53,009 nt of DNA from an uncultured Ectothiorhodospiraceae bacterium (GTDB lineage Bacteria > Pseudomonadota > Gammaproteobacteria > S012-40): NCBI GenBank assembly GCA_945787125.1, contig CALZHW010000006.1, forward strand, positions 1 to 53,009, given 5' to 3'. This document shows positions 37,378 through 46,485 of this stretch, in pieces (the first letter of the stretch is position 1; every line of letters begins with the position of its first letter). The position numbers and the translations under genes are program-made. The notes below the pieces were generated by a model, which was not told the origin of the DNA, searched no databases, and saw only the letters and a list, made by a program, of their open reading frames with translations.

Positions 37378-39070
37378 TGTACTCTGACCCACCTATCCAG
37401 GAAAACCCCAGATCACTAATGCCATCAGTAAGGCATTTAAACGTCTCAAGACCCGCATCATCCTCACTTCCGTCAAGCAAAAATGGATGAAAGAAAAATG
37501 ATGCCACGCCATCCCTAACCACGCTCGCATAACGGGCGTTCTCTAGCAAGTCATCACAATCTTCACTGTATGAATTATTGACTTTTATGTCTAAATGAAC
37601 TTGGATATTACCAATATTTTCAGGTATTACACGCTGCCCATAATAGTCTTCATGAATAAGATAAGGAAAAAACTGGCCGATGGCAAAATCCTTACCGGCT
37701 TCGGCTGAGTGTAGATCAGGATTATCCGCCGTATAATAAACGACACGTTGATACGTTGCATCAAAACGTTCTGGAAACGTTTTATAAGCTAGTGGCGACG
37801 CCTGGTAATGGGGTGTGGTCCAGGCATAAGGCGCGAAGCCTGAAGCAGTAAGATCCGTCAAGCCCTGATCCAAAACCTCCAATAGTGATTGCTGCGTTTC
37901 ACCATCAATAAGCTGATTGTCAACGACGTTCCAGAATTCATAATCAGTACCCGACAAAGCATTCTCAGGATTTCTAATATTTCCATATTGATGAGTATAA
38001 CCATGCATCACAATGCTCCCACCATTCTCTGTCATGTACTTAAGCGTATTGATCAGCGAGGTAGCCTCAGAAAACATAATATCCTCTGCTTCACCATTAT
38101 TGGACACACCCAAAGGATCAAGATAACGTGGAATTACTGCGATAGAAAACGGAATATTCTTTTCTGCTAAGTGATCAGTAAGGGCAAGCAGGCTCTTAGT
38201 AGGCGTTTTGGCATTGACATCCTCTAACCGTACTAGGGCATGATGACTTTCTTCATGCGCCACATCCAGCATATCATGCAGCATATCGGCAAGGACAAGA
38301 TAACGGTCACGTGGCCCCATGAAACTAAATGGAATATCCCCAACATACCAAAAGTTGTCTGACTGGACAATGTAAGGGTTCTGCTCCGCGGTTTTTTGAT
38401 TCGTTATCGACACCCAAGTGCGCAACTTGGCTGGATTCTCGATGATTATCGTTCCCAAGTCGGGGTCAGCAATACCTTTTCCAGTTTCAGCATCGTACTG
38501 ATAATGTTTTATAAAGTCTTTGGACTTATATGTTATTTTGTCAAAAAAACCCGGCTCCTGTACCTCTGAGCTTGGAGGCACATTAAACCCTTTTACGCTA
38601 CCTGAACGAAAACCATGCTTCGCTACAAACCCCAATTCTGTCTCATCAGTCAATGCCCACAAATTGTACTTAAACCAAACTAAGGTATTTTTACTGGCCA
38701 CTGCATCACGCAGAAATTCACGAGGGATTTTATTGTCAAAGAAAGAACCCAGGTAGAACGTCGCACGATAATCGTTGAGCGATCCAGGTACGTAGCTATC
38801 GACCTCAACAAGCTCTACAGCGAGGTCGAAATGACCAATCAAATTACGTAAAACAATGGCATACGCCAGACCTAATTTCCCAAACTCACTTGAAGGCTCA
38901 GAATCATAAGCGATTAATACTTCTTTTTTTAGACTCGGTGACAGGTCTGGGTCATTAAGCGTCTGTGTTTCTGGTGTTACTGGCATATCAGGTGCGCCAG
39001 ATCTCCCGCAAGCACCGAGCAGCAGTGATATCAATAACGTTATTATTAACAAAGAATTTTTATTTATCAT
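37313..39070 (-). CDS. Lipoprotein with a DUF2334 / polysaccharide-deacetylase-like domain
   Basis: Lipobox LGAC; VRLEDV, MHGYTHQY, TPHY, PENIGN, SFFFHP. Confidence 0.82.
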   Translation of the reverse strand: MINKNSLLIITLLISLLLGACGRSGAPDMPVTPETQTLNDPDLSPSLKKEVLIAYDSEPSSEFGKLGLAYAIVLRNLIGHFDLAVELVEVDSYVPGSLNDYRATFYLGSFFDNKIPREFLRDAVASKNTLVWFKYNLWALTDETELGFVAKHGFRSGSVKGFNVPPSSEVQEPGFFDKITYKSKDFIKHYQYDAETGKGIADPDLGTIIIENPAKLRTWVSITNQKTAEQNPYIVQSDNFWYVGDIPFSFMGPRDRYLVLADMLHDMLDVAHEESHHALVRLEDVNAKTPTKSLLALTDHLAEKNIPFSIAVIPRYLDPLGVSNNGEAEDIMFSEATSLINTLKYMTENGGSIVMHGYTHQYGNIRNPENALSGTDYEFWNVVDNQLIDGETQQSLLEVLDQGLTDLTASGFAPYAWTTPHYQASPLAYKTFPERFDATYQRVVYYTADNPDLHSAEAGKDFAIGQFFPYLIHEDYYGQRVIPENIGNIQVHLDIKVNNSYSEDCDDLLENARYASVVRDGVASFFFHPFLLDGSEDDAGLETFKCLTDGISDLGFSWIGGSEYINSSVLAPTSAAAQLTGNSRQ

Positions 39071-39429
39071 TAGTTAACCCACCAAAATGGAACAACGTCT
39101 GTTGATGAGTAATGGAGCACGGGGGAAATACACTGGATAGTCATTAGGAGAACTCTTTTTAGTTATTTTGTTGCTGTAAGCCGACAATTGTAATCTAAAG
39201 TGCTTCCTAAATACAAAATTTAATGCCCTACATAGTTTTTCGAACACCAAAACTCATGATGGTCATCGCTTTTAAGCTGGAGCCTGTCCGAATAATGATT
39301 GAGGAGATAAATAGGCCTTTTTGTGTTAAAGTAGGCAATGTTAATGAATTCCATCAGTTTTTGAGCTTCTCTGAGATAAGCATAAGATATCAGCAAGCTC
39401 TGAAAAAACAGATTCCTTGCTTGAAATAA

Positions 39430-39536
39430 TACCTAGATCCTGCAAGTGATCGTACCTGCGCAGTGCAAGATATTGATTTGCTATACGGACCAAGAGCCTG
39501 TGCTGAGTAGGAGCGAGCACTTGCAGGATTTAGGTA
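39430..39536. mobile_element. 107-bp fold-back MITE (TACCTAGATCCTGCAAGTG ends)
   Basis: TACCTAGATCCTGCAAGTGATCG / CGAGCACTTGCAGGATTTAGGTA; a solo end recurs at 43311-43330. Confidence 0.8.
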
Positions 39537-39622
39537 ATAGCATTATTTTTTGCCCGCAAGGAAAATGCGATAGAGAGAAGCAAAACACAACGCAGTATAA
39601 TTTGTAATAGGGTCATTAAATT

Positions 39623-39883
39623 ATGACAATGCTTTCAGAAGTAAGTACAGCACTTGTTCAGGATAAATATCAAGTTGAATCGGTCGTAAAAGTCGATACA
39701 CCCAAGGGCATGACGGGTGATGAGTGGTATCACTACACTATCATTTTTGGTAAAAAAACCATTGAAGGCATGAAGCCCGGCTCTTTATTTAGTGTCACCC
39801 AGCACGCCGAAGAATTTGTTGAGAATCTCAATGAGCGCAGCGGTAAATACGGCAGTCAAGCATACCGTTCAAAGAAAAAATAA
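39623..39883 (+). CDS. Hypothetical protein
   Basis: 86-aa ORF with protein-like composition; family not recognised. Confidence 0.65.
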   Translation: MTMLSEVSTALVQDKYQVESVVKVDTPKGMTGDEWYHYTIIFGKKTIEGMKPGSLFSVTQHAEEFVENLNERSGKYGSQAYRSKKK

Positions 39884-39934
39884 CTCACTTGCAGCACTTC
39901 GCCATCAAATTTCACAGTCCAGACACAAGAGGTG

Positions 39935-40029
39935 CGGGCCCATGGATGGGTGAAGGTAGAGCAATGCACTAGGGCAGGACGCCCGTAGGTAGAACAATGC
40001 AGGAGCAATTGCCGAGGAGAAATTGTCGG
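39935..40029 (+). mobile_element. 48-nt mini-element interrupted by a 47-nt mini-element (39969-40015)
   Basis: CGGGCCCATGGATGGGTGAAGGTAGAGCAATGCA[CTAGGGCAGGACGCCCGTAGGTAGAACAATGCAGGAGCAATTGCCGA]GGAGAAATTGTCGG. Confidence 0.85.
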
Positions 40030-40038
40030 ACAGAACCG

Positions 40039-40383
40039 CTAACAATTGAGCCGCATTCGCGTGCCACGAACCAGTGACATGGTGATCTCATCTGAACTAA
40101 ATTCTTTCGGGAAATACGCGCCGGAAACTTTAGCATCGTGAATGCTCGCACCATCAAGCCTGGTGCGGGTAAAGTCAATGCCACGTAAATCTGCCAAGCG
40201 AAAATAGCAGCCTGACATATTCAAACCACTCGCATCCATGCCGGTTAAATCCACTGCTCTGAAATCACACTGGCTTAAGTCACACTTTTGACCCTCTGCC
40301 TTACACTCATTAAACTCTTTGATCTTTCCTTCACGCAACAACTGATACATCTTATCTTTTTTGATTTGCGGCTGGCTGCTCAT
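40039..40383 (-). CDS. Pentapeptide repeat protein
   Basis: CDLSQ CDFRA VDLTG...ADLRG IDFTR; YQLLREG N-terminus and GTRMR C-terminus. Confidence 0.88.
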   Translation of the reverse strand: MSSQPQIKKDKMYQLLREGKIKEFNECKAEGQKCDLSQCDFRAVDLTGMDASGLNMSGCYFRLADLRGIDFTRTRLDGASIHDAKVSGAYFPKEFSSDEITMSLVRGTRMRLNC

Positions 40384-40418
40384 TTCGCACCTTTACTATT
40401 TAGTTGAATTATCACATG

Positions 40419-40440
40419 CCATTCTCGGACAGGCTCCTAG
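40419..40440. mobile_element. Solo right TIR of the GGAGCC MITE family
   Basis: CCATTCTCGGACAGGCTCCTAG, identical to the ends at 8016 and 30365. Confidence 0.8.
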
Positions 40441-40486
40441 AACTATCGGCATACAAATCAAAAGCTTAAAAACTCGCTCCTATGCA

Positions 40487-41236
40487 TTAATCGAATTTGC
40501 CAATCATGCGCCCGTTAAGCGGCTGCACTGGGCGAGCGTTCCGCGGGAACAATTCGGTAAACGCTGCAACCTGGGCAGCCGAGACAAAACCATGCTCTTG
40601 TAAAACATTCCAGTTTACACCTTCTGAGCAAGGCGGCGCCGTCAAGGAGCCAGTATAATTAAAATACGCCTTATTGACAGGCAGTAAGTCATTGATATCA
40701 ATTGACTTATTGACTTTATTCAGGCCTTTTGACAGCGGCATGGCATCCCAAACTAAAGGCAGGAATTGATTGTCAGCGCCTTTATTAAATAACATCGCTA
40801 CAATGGCAAACCGACCGTCGTCAGCCTGATGCACCAGGTGCGCCGCTAAATCTGCTTGTCGACCATGTATCTTATGCTCACTAGGGCTATGGAATTGAAA
40901 ATGCCGTAAGTGAAACTTTTGACCACCAATGACGGCATAACTGCCCGGCGGATAATTCACTTGTATCATATGACCATCATTTATGACCACAAAGTCCGCT
41001 GCTGCCTGGTACTGAAACTCAATTGCCTGCAAACCCATCGCATGCTCACCAACAATATTGACCGGAGATTGCGACTTTCCCATATCACACATCACATAGT
41101 CCGAGCTAAGCATTACCCAATACTCCGGGCCTGTGACACCGTCATAAGTCCAATGTATTACTTCATTATTAGTGCCTTTTACTGTACATCCTGTGAGCAG
41201 TATAATCATCATGATAAGCAACCGCTTTTTTCCCAT
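40487..41236 (-). CDS. Alpha-class carbonic anhydrase family lipoprotein with a non-canonical active site
   Basis: HWTY.G..GPEYW, QSPVNI, FHSPSEH, HLVH, YTGSLTAPPCSEGV.W, NARPVQPLNGR; lipobox LTGC. Confidence 0.88.
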   Translation of the reverse strand: MGKKRLLIMMIILLTGCTVKGTNNEVIHWTYDGVTGPEYWVMLSSDYVMCDMGKSQSPVNIVGEHAMGLQAIEFQYQAAADFVVINDGHMIQVNYPPGSYAVIGGQKFHLRHFQFHSPSEHKIHGRQADLAAHLVHQADDGRFAIVAMLFNKGADNQFLPLVWDAMPLSKGLNKVNKSIDINDLLPVNKAYFNYTGSLTAPPCSEGVNWNVLQEHGFVSAAQVAAFTELFPRNARPVQPLNGRMIGKFD

Positions 41237-41395
41237 TTTTTTGTTCCTCTCTCTACATCATGTACAACTGGCAATTTTAAATGACTTTAATCAAACCAAA
41301 ATATTAACACAAGACTAAGTCAGCACCCACACTACCTCATGAAGTTTAATTTCTGCTATGATTCCGCTCTCAGAGCTGTATTACAAAGGAACTTC

Positions 41396-42682
41396 ATGAA
41401 AGCATTAGTCGTCGGCGGTGGCGGAAGAGAACATGCACTCGCCTGGAAAATCGCCCAATCATCAAACATTGAGCACGTGTTCGTCGCACCGGGTAATACC
41501 GGCACGGCGCTTGAACCCAAAGTCAGCAATGTCAATATCGGGGTCGAAGAAATAGAAAAACTCGTTTTGTTTGCCACCGAAAATGATATTGCCTTAACCG
41601 TTATTGGCCCAGAGGTTCCTTTAGTCATCGGTGTGGTTGATGCATTTACAGCGGCTAATCTTGCGTGCTTCGGACCCAGTAAAAATGCAGCTCAACTGGA
41701 AGGCTCAAAAGCTTTCACGAAAGATTTCCTCGCACGGCACAACATTCCTACCGCAGCCTATGGTAACTTCACCAATATAGATGAAGCCACTGCATACATC
41801 AAAAAGATGGGGGCGCCCATCGTGGTCAAGGCCGATGGTTTAGCCGCCGGCAAAGGCGTCATACTCGCACAAACAGAACAAGAAGCCATTGCCGCGGTAA
41901 ACGATATGCTCGCCGGAAATGCCTTCGGTGACGCTGGACATCGAGTCGTTATTGAAGAATTTCTCGTTGGCGAGGAAGCCAGCTTTATTGTTATGGTGGA
42001 TGGCAAACACTGCCTGCCCTTTGCTACTTCGCAAGATCACAAAGCCCGAGACAATGGTGATACCGGACCTAATACCGGTGGCATGGGCGCATACTCTCCC
42101 GCACCCGTAGTCACCGCTGAAATACATCATCGCATCATGCAGCAAGTGATAAATCCTACGGTAGAAGGCATGGCCGCGGAAGGCAATGCTTACACAGGCT
42201 TTCTCTACGCGGGCTTAATGATTGCACCCGACGGCAGTATCAAGGTTTTGGAGTATAACTGCCGCTTTGGCGACCCTGAAACCCAACCAATAATGATGCG
42301 CTTGAAATCAGATTTAGCTGAATTATGTCTCGCTGCAATTGCCGGAAAACTCGATGAGACTCAAGCAGAGTGGGATAGTCGCAGTGCGCTAGGCGTCGTA
42401 TTAGCCGCAGGCGGATATCCGGACAGCTTTAACAAAGGCGATGTCATCAGCGGCTTACCCGAACATGACTCAGCATCACAAAAAGTTTTTCATGCGGGCA
42501 CGACGATTAAAGATGGAAAAGTTGTCACCAATGGCGGCCGGGTATTATGCGCCGTCGCTTTGGGAAATAATGTGACTGAAGCCCAGCAATCGGCTTATGA
42601 ACTAACCCGTCAGATTTCCTGGGATAATGTTTATTATCGTACCGATATCGGTCATCGCGCTATCACACGCGAGCAAGCTTAA
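41396..42682 (+). CDS. purD: Phosphoribosylamine--glycine ligase
   Basis: GGGGREHALAW, KADGLAAGKGV, QDHK, NTGGMGAY, YNCRFGDPE, GGRVL. Confidence 0.97.
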   Translation: MKALVVGGGGREHALAWKIAQSSNIEHVFVAPGNTGTALEPKVSNVNIGVEEIEKLVLFATENDIALTVIGPEVPLVIGVVDAFTAANLACFGPSKNAAQLEGSKAFTKDFLARHNIPTAAYGNFTNIDEATAYIKKMGAPIVVKADGLAAGKGVILAQTEQEAIAAVNDMLAGNAFGDAGHRVVIEEFLVGEEASFIVMVDGKHCLPFATSQDHKARDNGDTGPNTGGMGAYSPAPVVTAEIHHRIMQQVINPTVEGMAAEGNAYTGFLYAGLMIAPDGSIKVLEYNCRFGDPETQPIMMRLKSDLAELCLAAIAGKLDETQAEWDSRSALGVVLAAGGYPDSFNKGDVISGLPEHDSASQKVFHAGTTIKDGKVVTNGGRVLCAVALGNNVTEAQQSAYELTRQISWDNVYYRTDIGHRAITREQA

Positions 42683-42687
42683 TTTAA

Positions 42688-43263
42688 TTGATTACACGAT
42701 CATTGACTCTATTTAGCCTTAAAAAAGCCAGTAAAATACTTCATCAAGGCGGTATTATCGCCTATCCGACTGAAGCTGTTTTTGGTCTGGGCTGCGACCC
42801 ACTAAATGCCAACGCTGTGCATAAAGTATTAATACTTAAACAACGTTCAATATCAAAAGGATTGATACTGGTCGCTGCGGATTTTTCACAGCTCCGCCCC
42901 TTTCTGGCGCCCGTTAGCCCTCTGCTGTATGCTCGCATAATGCAACGCTGGCCGGGTCCGACCACTTGGTTGCTGCCCGCGAATAAAAAAGCACCTGGTT
43001 ATTTACGTGGAAATTCTAACTTACAAGCGGTTCGAGTCACAGCGCACCCAATTGTTAAACAACTTTGCGACAGCTTCGGTGGTGCTATTGTCTCCACCAG
43101 CGCCAACATCAGCAAACGACCCGCGGCGCGAAATGTGCTTTCAGTAAAACATTACTTTCATAACAAGGTTGATTTAATTATTAATGGTAAAACTGGCGAA
43201 CTAAATCAGCCCAGTGAAATCGTAAACGCTATGACTGGCCAGATTATTCGCCCTGGAGCATGA
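42688..43263 (+). CDS. tsaC: L-threonylcarbamoyladenylate synthase
   Basis: AYPTEAVFGLGCDP, KQR..KGLI, WPGPTT, STSAN. Confidence 0.93.
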   Translation: MITRSLTLFSLKKASKILHQGGIIAYPTEAVFGLGCDPLNANAVHKVLILKQRSISKGLILVAADFSQLRPFLAPVSPLLYARIMQRWPGPTTWLLPANKKAPGYLRGNSNLQAVRVTAHPIVKQLCDSFGGAIVSTSANISKRPAARNVLSVKHYFHNKVDLIINGKTGELNQPSEIVNAMTGQIIRPGA

Positions 43264-43275
43264 CAGAGCAAGGAT

Positions 43276-43307
43276 TGTTGGGCTCGCTATGGCTTTGCCC
43301 AACCTAC
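43276..43307 (-). repeat. GTAG-type REP sequence
   Basis: Minus strand reads GTAG-GTTGGGC-AAAGCCATAGCGA-GCCCAAC. Confidence 0.75.
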
Positions 43308-43364
43308 AAAATCTAAATCCTGCAAGTGCTGGAAGGTAAACGAAAAACTAACAAGGTGATATTT

Positions 43365-44708
43365 ATGAGAATTAACCGCAGACTCTTCAATTATAAGCTT
43401 GGGTTGCTTCGGCTTTTTACAACGTTACTTTTTAGTCTGCTAATTAGCATTCAAGCCATGGCACATTCTGGCACGCATGCCATCACACTGGTTTATTCTG
43501 GCAATCTTGATGGCGAGCTTGAGCCTTGCGGCTGTAGTGAAGGTAGCGACAAAGGTGGCATCAAACGCTGGGTACAAAAAATTGATGAACTGAGGATCGA
43601 AGACCCCGACCTTTATCTAATATCCGCTGGCGGGCTTATTACCAGCGAAGTACCGCAAGACAAAGTCAAAGCGGAGTATATTCTCAAAGGACTGGAGCAT
43701 CTCGACTATGATGCCGTTGCCGTGCAATGGAAAGACCTAGCATATGGCACAGACTTCATTAGCCATAGCAAACTCCCTTTCGTACTCACGAATGGCATTA
43801 GTGGAGAGTTTCTCAAAAAAAGTCTCATCAATAAAAATCACGCCAAAATAAGCTTTTTCAATTGGCTAGATCCTGTTAGCGATCCTCAAATCGGCATGCA
43901 GGCACCACTTGCCAATACAGACACACTAAGCTTGAGCGAAGCGCTGCTTGCCGCCAAGAAAAATAAACAAACCACTCTGCTATCAACCACATTAAGCTTG
44001 ACAGAAGCACAAAAACAACTTCCACTAGAAAACGTAGACCTACTTATTATCAAAGCCAAATACGAACATTACGGCGATGTGCAGAGTGTCAACGACATGT
44101 TGGTTCTTACACCTGGCTCGCGGGGAATGCGGCTCGCTAAACTTAAGCTCGATATTAATAACGATGGCGATATTAAAAAATGGCAACAGACAGTGATCCC
44201 ACTACCGCCAGAAGTGAAAGATGCTGAGCGTATGTTGGCATGGTACGCCGATTACAATGCCAAAGTAAAAGCCGACTATGAAAAAAGTGTGGCAATCAGA
44301 AAAAATCATGCCTCAGGCAACAGTCAATTTGCTGGCGAGTTAGTCTGCGAAACCTGCCATAAAAAAGAACACGACAAGTGGTTTGACAGTCGCCACGCTG
44401 AAGCATTTTACGCCTTGCAAGATGTCAATAAAGCGTTTGATCCAGCTTGCATTAAATGCCACGTTGTCGGCTTTGAAACTGAAGGTGGTTTTATCGACCC
44501 CAGCATTACAGAAAGTTTAATGCACGTACAATGCGAAAATTGCCATGGTGCCGCTAAGGCGCATGCTGATTCAGGGGGGCAACAAAAAACCGCAAACACT
44601 GATTGGTCAGCAGAACAAATGTGCCAACAATGTCATGTGCAGAAACACAGCCCTGATTTTAAGTTTGACGATTATTGGTCAAAAATATCACATGGTAAAA
44701 AAGATTAA
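43365..44708 (+). CDS. UshA-like (CxC) domain fused to a tetraheme c554-type cytochrome
   Basis: Signal peptide; YSGNLDGELEPCGC...GGIKR; four CxxCH motifs (CETCH, CIKCH, CENCH, CQQCH). Confidence 0.85.
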   Translation: MRINRRLFNYKLGLLRLFTTLLFSLLISIQAMAHSGTHAITLVYSGNLDGELEPCGCSEGSDKGGIKRWVQKIDELRIEDPDLYLISAGGLITSEVPQDKVKAEYILKGLEHLDYDAVAVQWKDLAYGTDFISHSKLPFVLTNGISGEFLKKSLINKNHAKISFFNWLDPVSDPQIGMQAPLANTDTLSLSEALLAAKKNKQTTLLSTTLSLTEAQKQLPLENVDLLIIKAKYEHYGDVQSVNDMLVLTPGSRGMRLAKLKLDINNDGDIKKWQQTVIPLPPEVKDAERMLAWYADYNAKVKADYEKSVAIRKNHASGNSQFAGELVCETCHKKEHDKWFDSRHAEAFYALQDVNKAFDPACIKCHVVGFETEGGFIDPSITESLMHVQCENCHGAAKAHADSGGQQKTANTDWSAEQMCQQCHVQKHSPDFKFDDYWSKISHGKKD

Positions 44709-45685
44709 CGCGCAAATCGGCTTCGGTCATGTACAGCCATTAAATCGTTCTCTGGGCCTTTTGCAACAATTCGATTGGGATTAATCGATTCATGACTCCA
44801 GTAGTAATGGGTTTTGATGTGATCCATATTAACCGTGTCTGCAATGCCAGGCATTTGATACAGCTCACGTAAGTAGTTTGAGAGATTCGGGTAATCAGCA
44901 ATGCGCCGTAGATTGCATTTGAAATGGCCGACATAAACAGGATCAAAGCGCAACAATGTCGGAAAGAGTCGCCAGTCAGCTTCTGTTATTTCTTCACCCA
45001 CCAAATAACATTGCTGAGATAAAATCTTTTCAATCTGATCCAATGCGGAAAACAATTGATCAAACGCTTTCTCATAAGCTTGTTGGGTGCGGGCAAACCC
45101 CGTTTTATACACACCATTATTGATGTTGTCGTATACCACTGCATTAATTTTTTCTATTTCCTGACGCATTCTCTCCGGGAAATAATCAACCTCAGTATCA
45201 CTGAATTGTGCAAACGCAGAATTCAACATGCGTATTATTTCTGACGATTCATTGTTAACGATAAGCTGCTGCTTTTTATCCCACAAGACAGGAACAGTGA
45301 CAATACCATTGTAATCTGGAGCGACTTTGTGATAAATCTCATAAAGGTATTTTGCCGCATATAAATCATCGCCTGTTGAATTTTTGTAGTTATCAAAGTC
45401 CCAACTTTTATCACCCATTTTGGGGTTGACCACAGAAAACGAAATCACTTCTTCCAGCTTTTTTAATTTCCTGAAAATCATTGTACGGTGCGCCCATGGG
45501 CAAGCATGAGAAATATATAAATGGTAACGACCTTTCTCAGCAGCAAAACCACTACTGCCCGTCGGACCAGCCGAACCATCTGCGGTCACCCAATTACGAA
45601 ACTGCGAATCCCAACGGACAAATTCACCTTTTTCTACGGGGAAGTCCAATTGGTTTTTAAGGTTTGCGTCGCCTGAAGACATCAT
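44705..45685 (-). CDS. yqjG: Glutathionyl-hydroquinone reductase / GST Xi-class (YqjG/ECM4 family)
   Basis: GRYHLY..ACPWAHR, TVPVLWD, NNESSEI, INNGVYK, HIK.HYY.SH. Confidence 0.9.
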   Translation of the reverse strand: MMSSGDANLKNQLDFPVEKGEFVRWDSQFRNWVTADGSAGPTGSSGFAAEKGRYHLYISHACPWAHRTMIFRKLKKLEEVISFSVVNPKMGDKSWDFDNYKNSTGDDLYAAKYLYEIYHKVAPDYNGIVTVPVLWDKKQQLIVNNESSEIIRMLNSAFAQFSDTEVDYFPERMRQEIEKINAVVYDNINNGVYKTGFARTQQAYEKAFDQLFSALDQIEKILSQQCYLVGEEITEADWRLFPTLLRFDPVYVGHFKCNLRRIADYPNLSNYLRELYQMPGIADTVNMDHIKTHYYWSHESINPNRIVAKGPENDLMAVHDRSRFAR

Positions 45686-45780
45686 TACTCCTTTCATCGA
45701 CAATGTGAGGGCTTCTGTTCTGAGTTAATAAAGGTGCCGGCAAAAGCTGATCAATTAGATTAAGGCAGGTAAAGCACTTA

Positions 45781-45796
45781 GGAACGTGCACGTTTC
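45781..45796. mobile_element. Minimal 16-bp remnant of the GGAACGTG MITE family
   Basis: TTA|GGAACGTGCACGTTTC|TAA: two end octamers fused. Confidence 0.55.
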
Positions 45797-45804
45797 TAAG
45801 TTAA

Positions 45805-45834
45805 CAAGCCAGCTGCATTTTAACAGCTGGCTTG
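45805..45834 (-). terminator. Hairpin terminator after the yceI-like gene
   Basis: CAAGCCAGCTG-n8-CAGCTGGCTTG. Confidence 0.65.
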
Positions 45835-45845
45835 AACAAATCCGT

Positions 45846-46406
45846 TTAGCGGTTTGCTTCTAATTGCAAATTAAGCTTCACGTCATCACCGACGGCAGGC
45901 AAGCCAAACTGCATGCCAAACTCTGAACGTTTGAATGCTGTGATTGCATCAAAACCGCAGACTTCGTTAATTTTCGGGTTGAATGGGTGTTTGCCACAAT
46001 TAATACTGCTTACATCCAAAACGACAGACTTAGTCGTATTCAAAATTGTTAGATCGCCCGTTACTTTAGCGGTATCCCCATTGAACTCAACTGCAGTAGA
46101 TTTGAATTTTATCTCAGGGAACTCTACAGCATTAAAGAAGTCTGGTGAGCGCAAGTGATCGTCACGTTTTTTAAAACCAGTGAAAACTGAAGCAGCATCG
46201 ATTGTCACTTCAACTTTACCAGTGCCTGCTTTACGATCCATTTCCAGGCTGCCTTTAGTGCTGGTAAACATCCCATGCATGGTCGAGAAACCCAAGTGGC
46301 TAATAGTAAAGTTAGGATAAGTGTGCTGTGGATCGACGGTATACGATTCCGCATTTGCACCAAAAGCCAAACCGGTTAAACATGCTGCCAAGACTATTCG
46401 TTTCAT
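45846..46406 (-). CDS. YceI family polyisoprenoid-binding periplasmic protein
   Basis: YTVDPQHT, HLGFST..G.F, RDDHLRSPDFF, GDLTI, KRSEFG. Confidence 0.92.
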   Translation of the reverse strand: MKRIVLAACLTGLAFGANAESYTVDPQHTYPNFTISHLGFSTMHGMFTSTKGSLEMDRKAGTGKVEVTIDAASVFTGFKKRDDHLRSPDFFNAVEFPEIKFKSTAVEFNGDTAKVTGDLTILNTTKSVVLDVSSINCGKHPFNPKINEVCGFDAITAFKRSEFGMQFGLPAVGDDVKLNLQLEANR

Positions 46407-46485
46407 TTATTACTCCTTGTAAAATTCACTATCAAAACTCATTAAACTATCTATCTAAACTAACTATATAAATTTAAACCCTTGC

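Noticed and set aside
43520-43540. Selenocysteine in the UshA-like cytochrome
   Set aside because: The motif codons are TGC-GGC-TGT and the ORF has no in-frame TGA.
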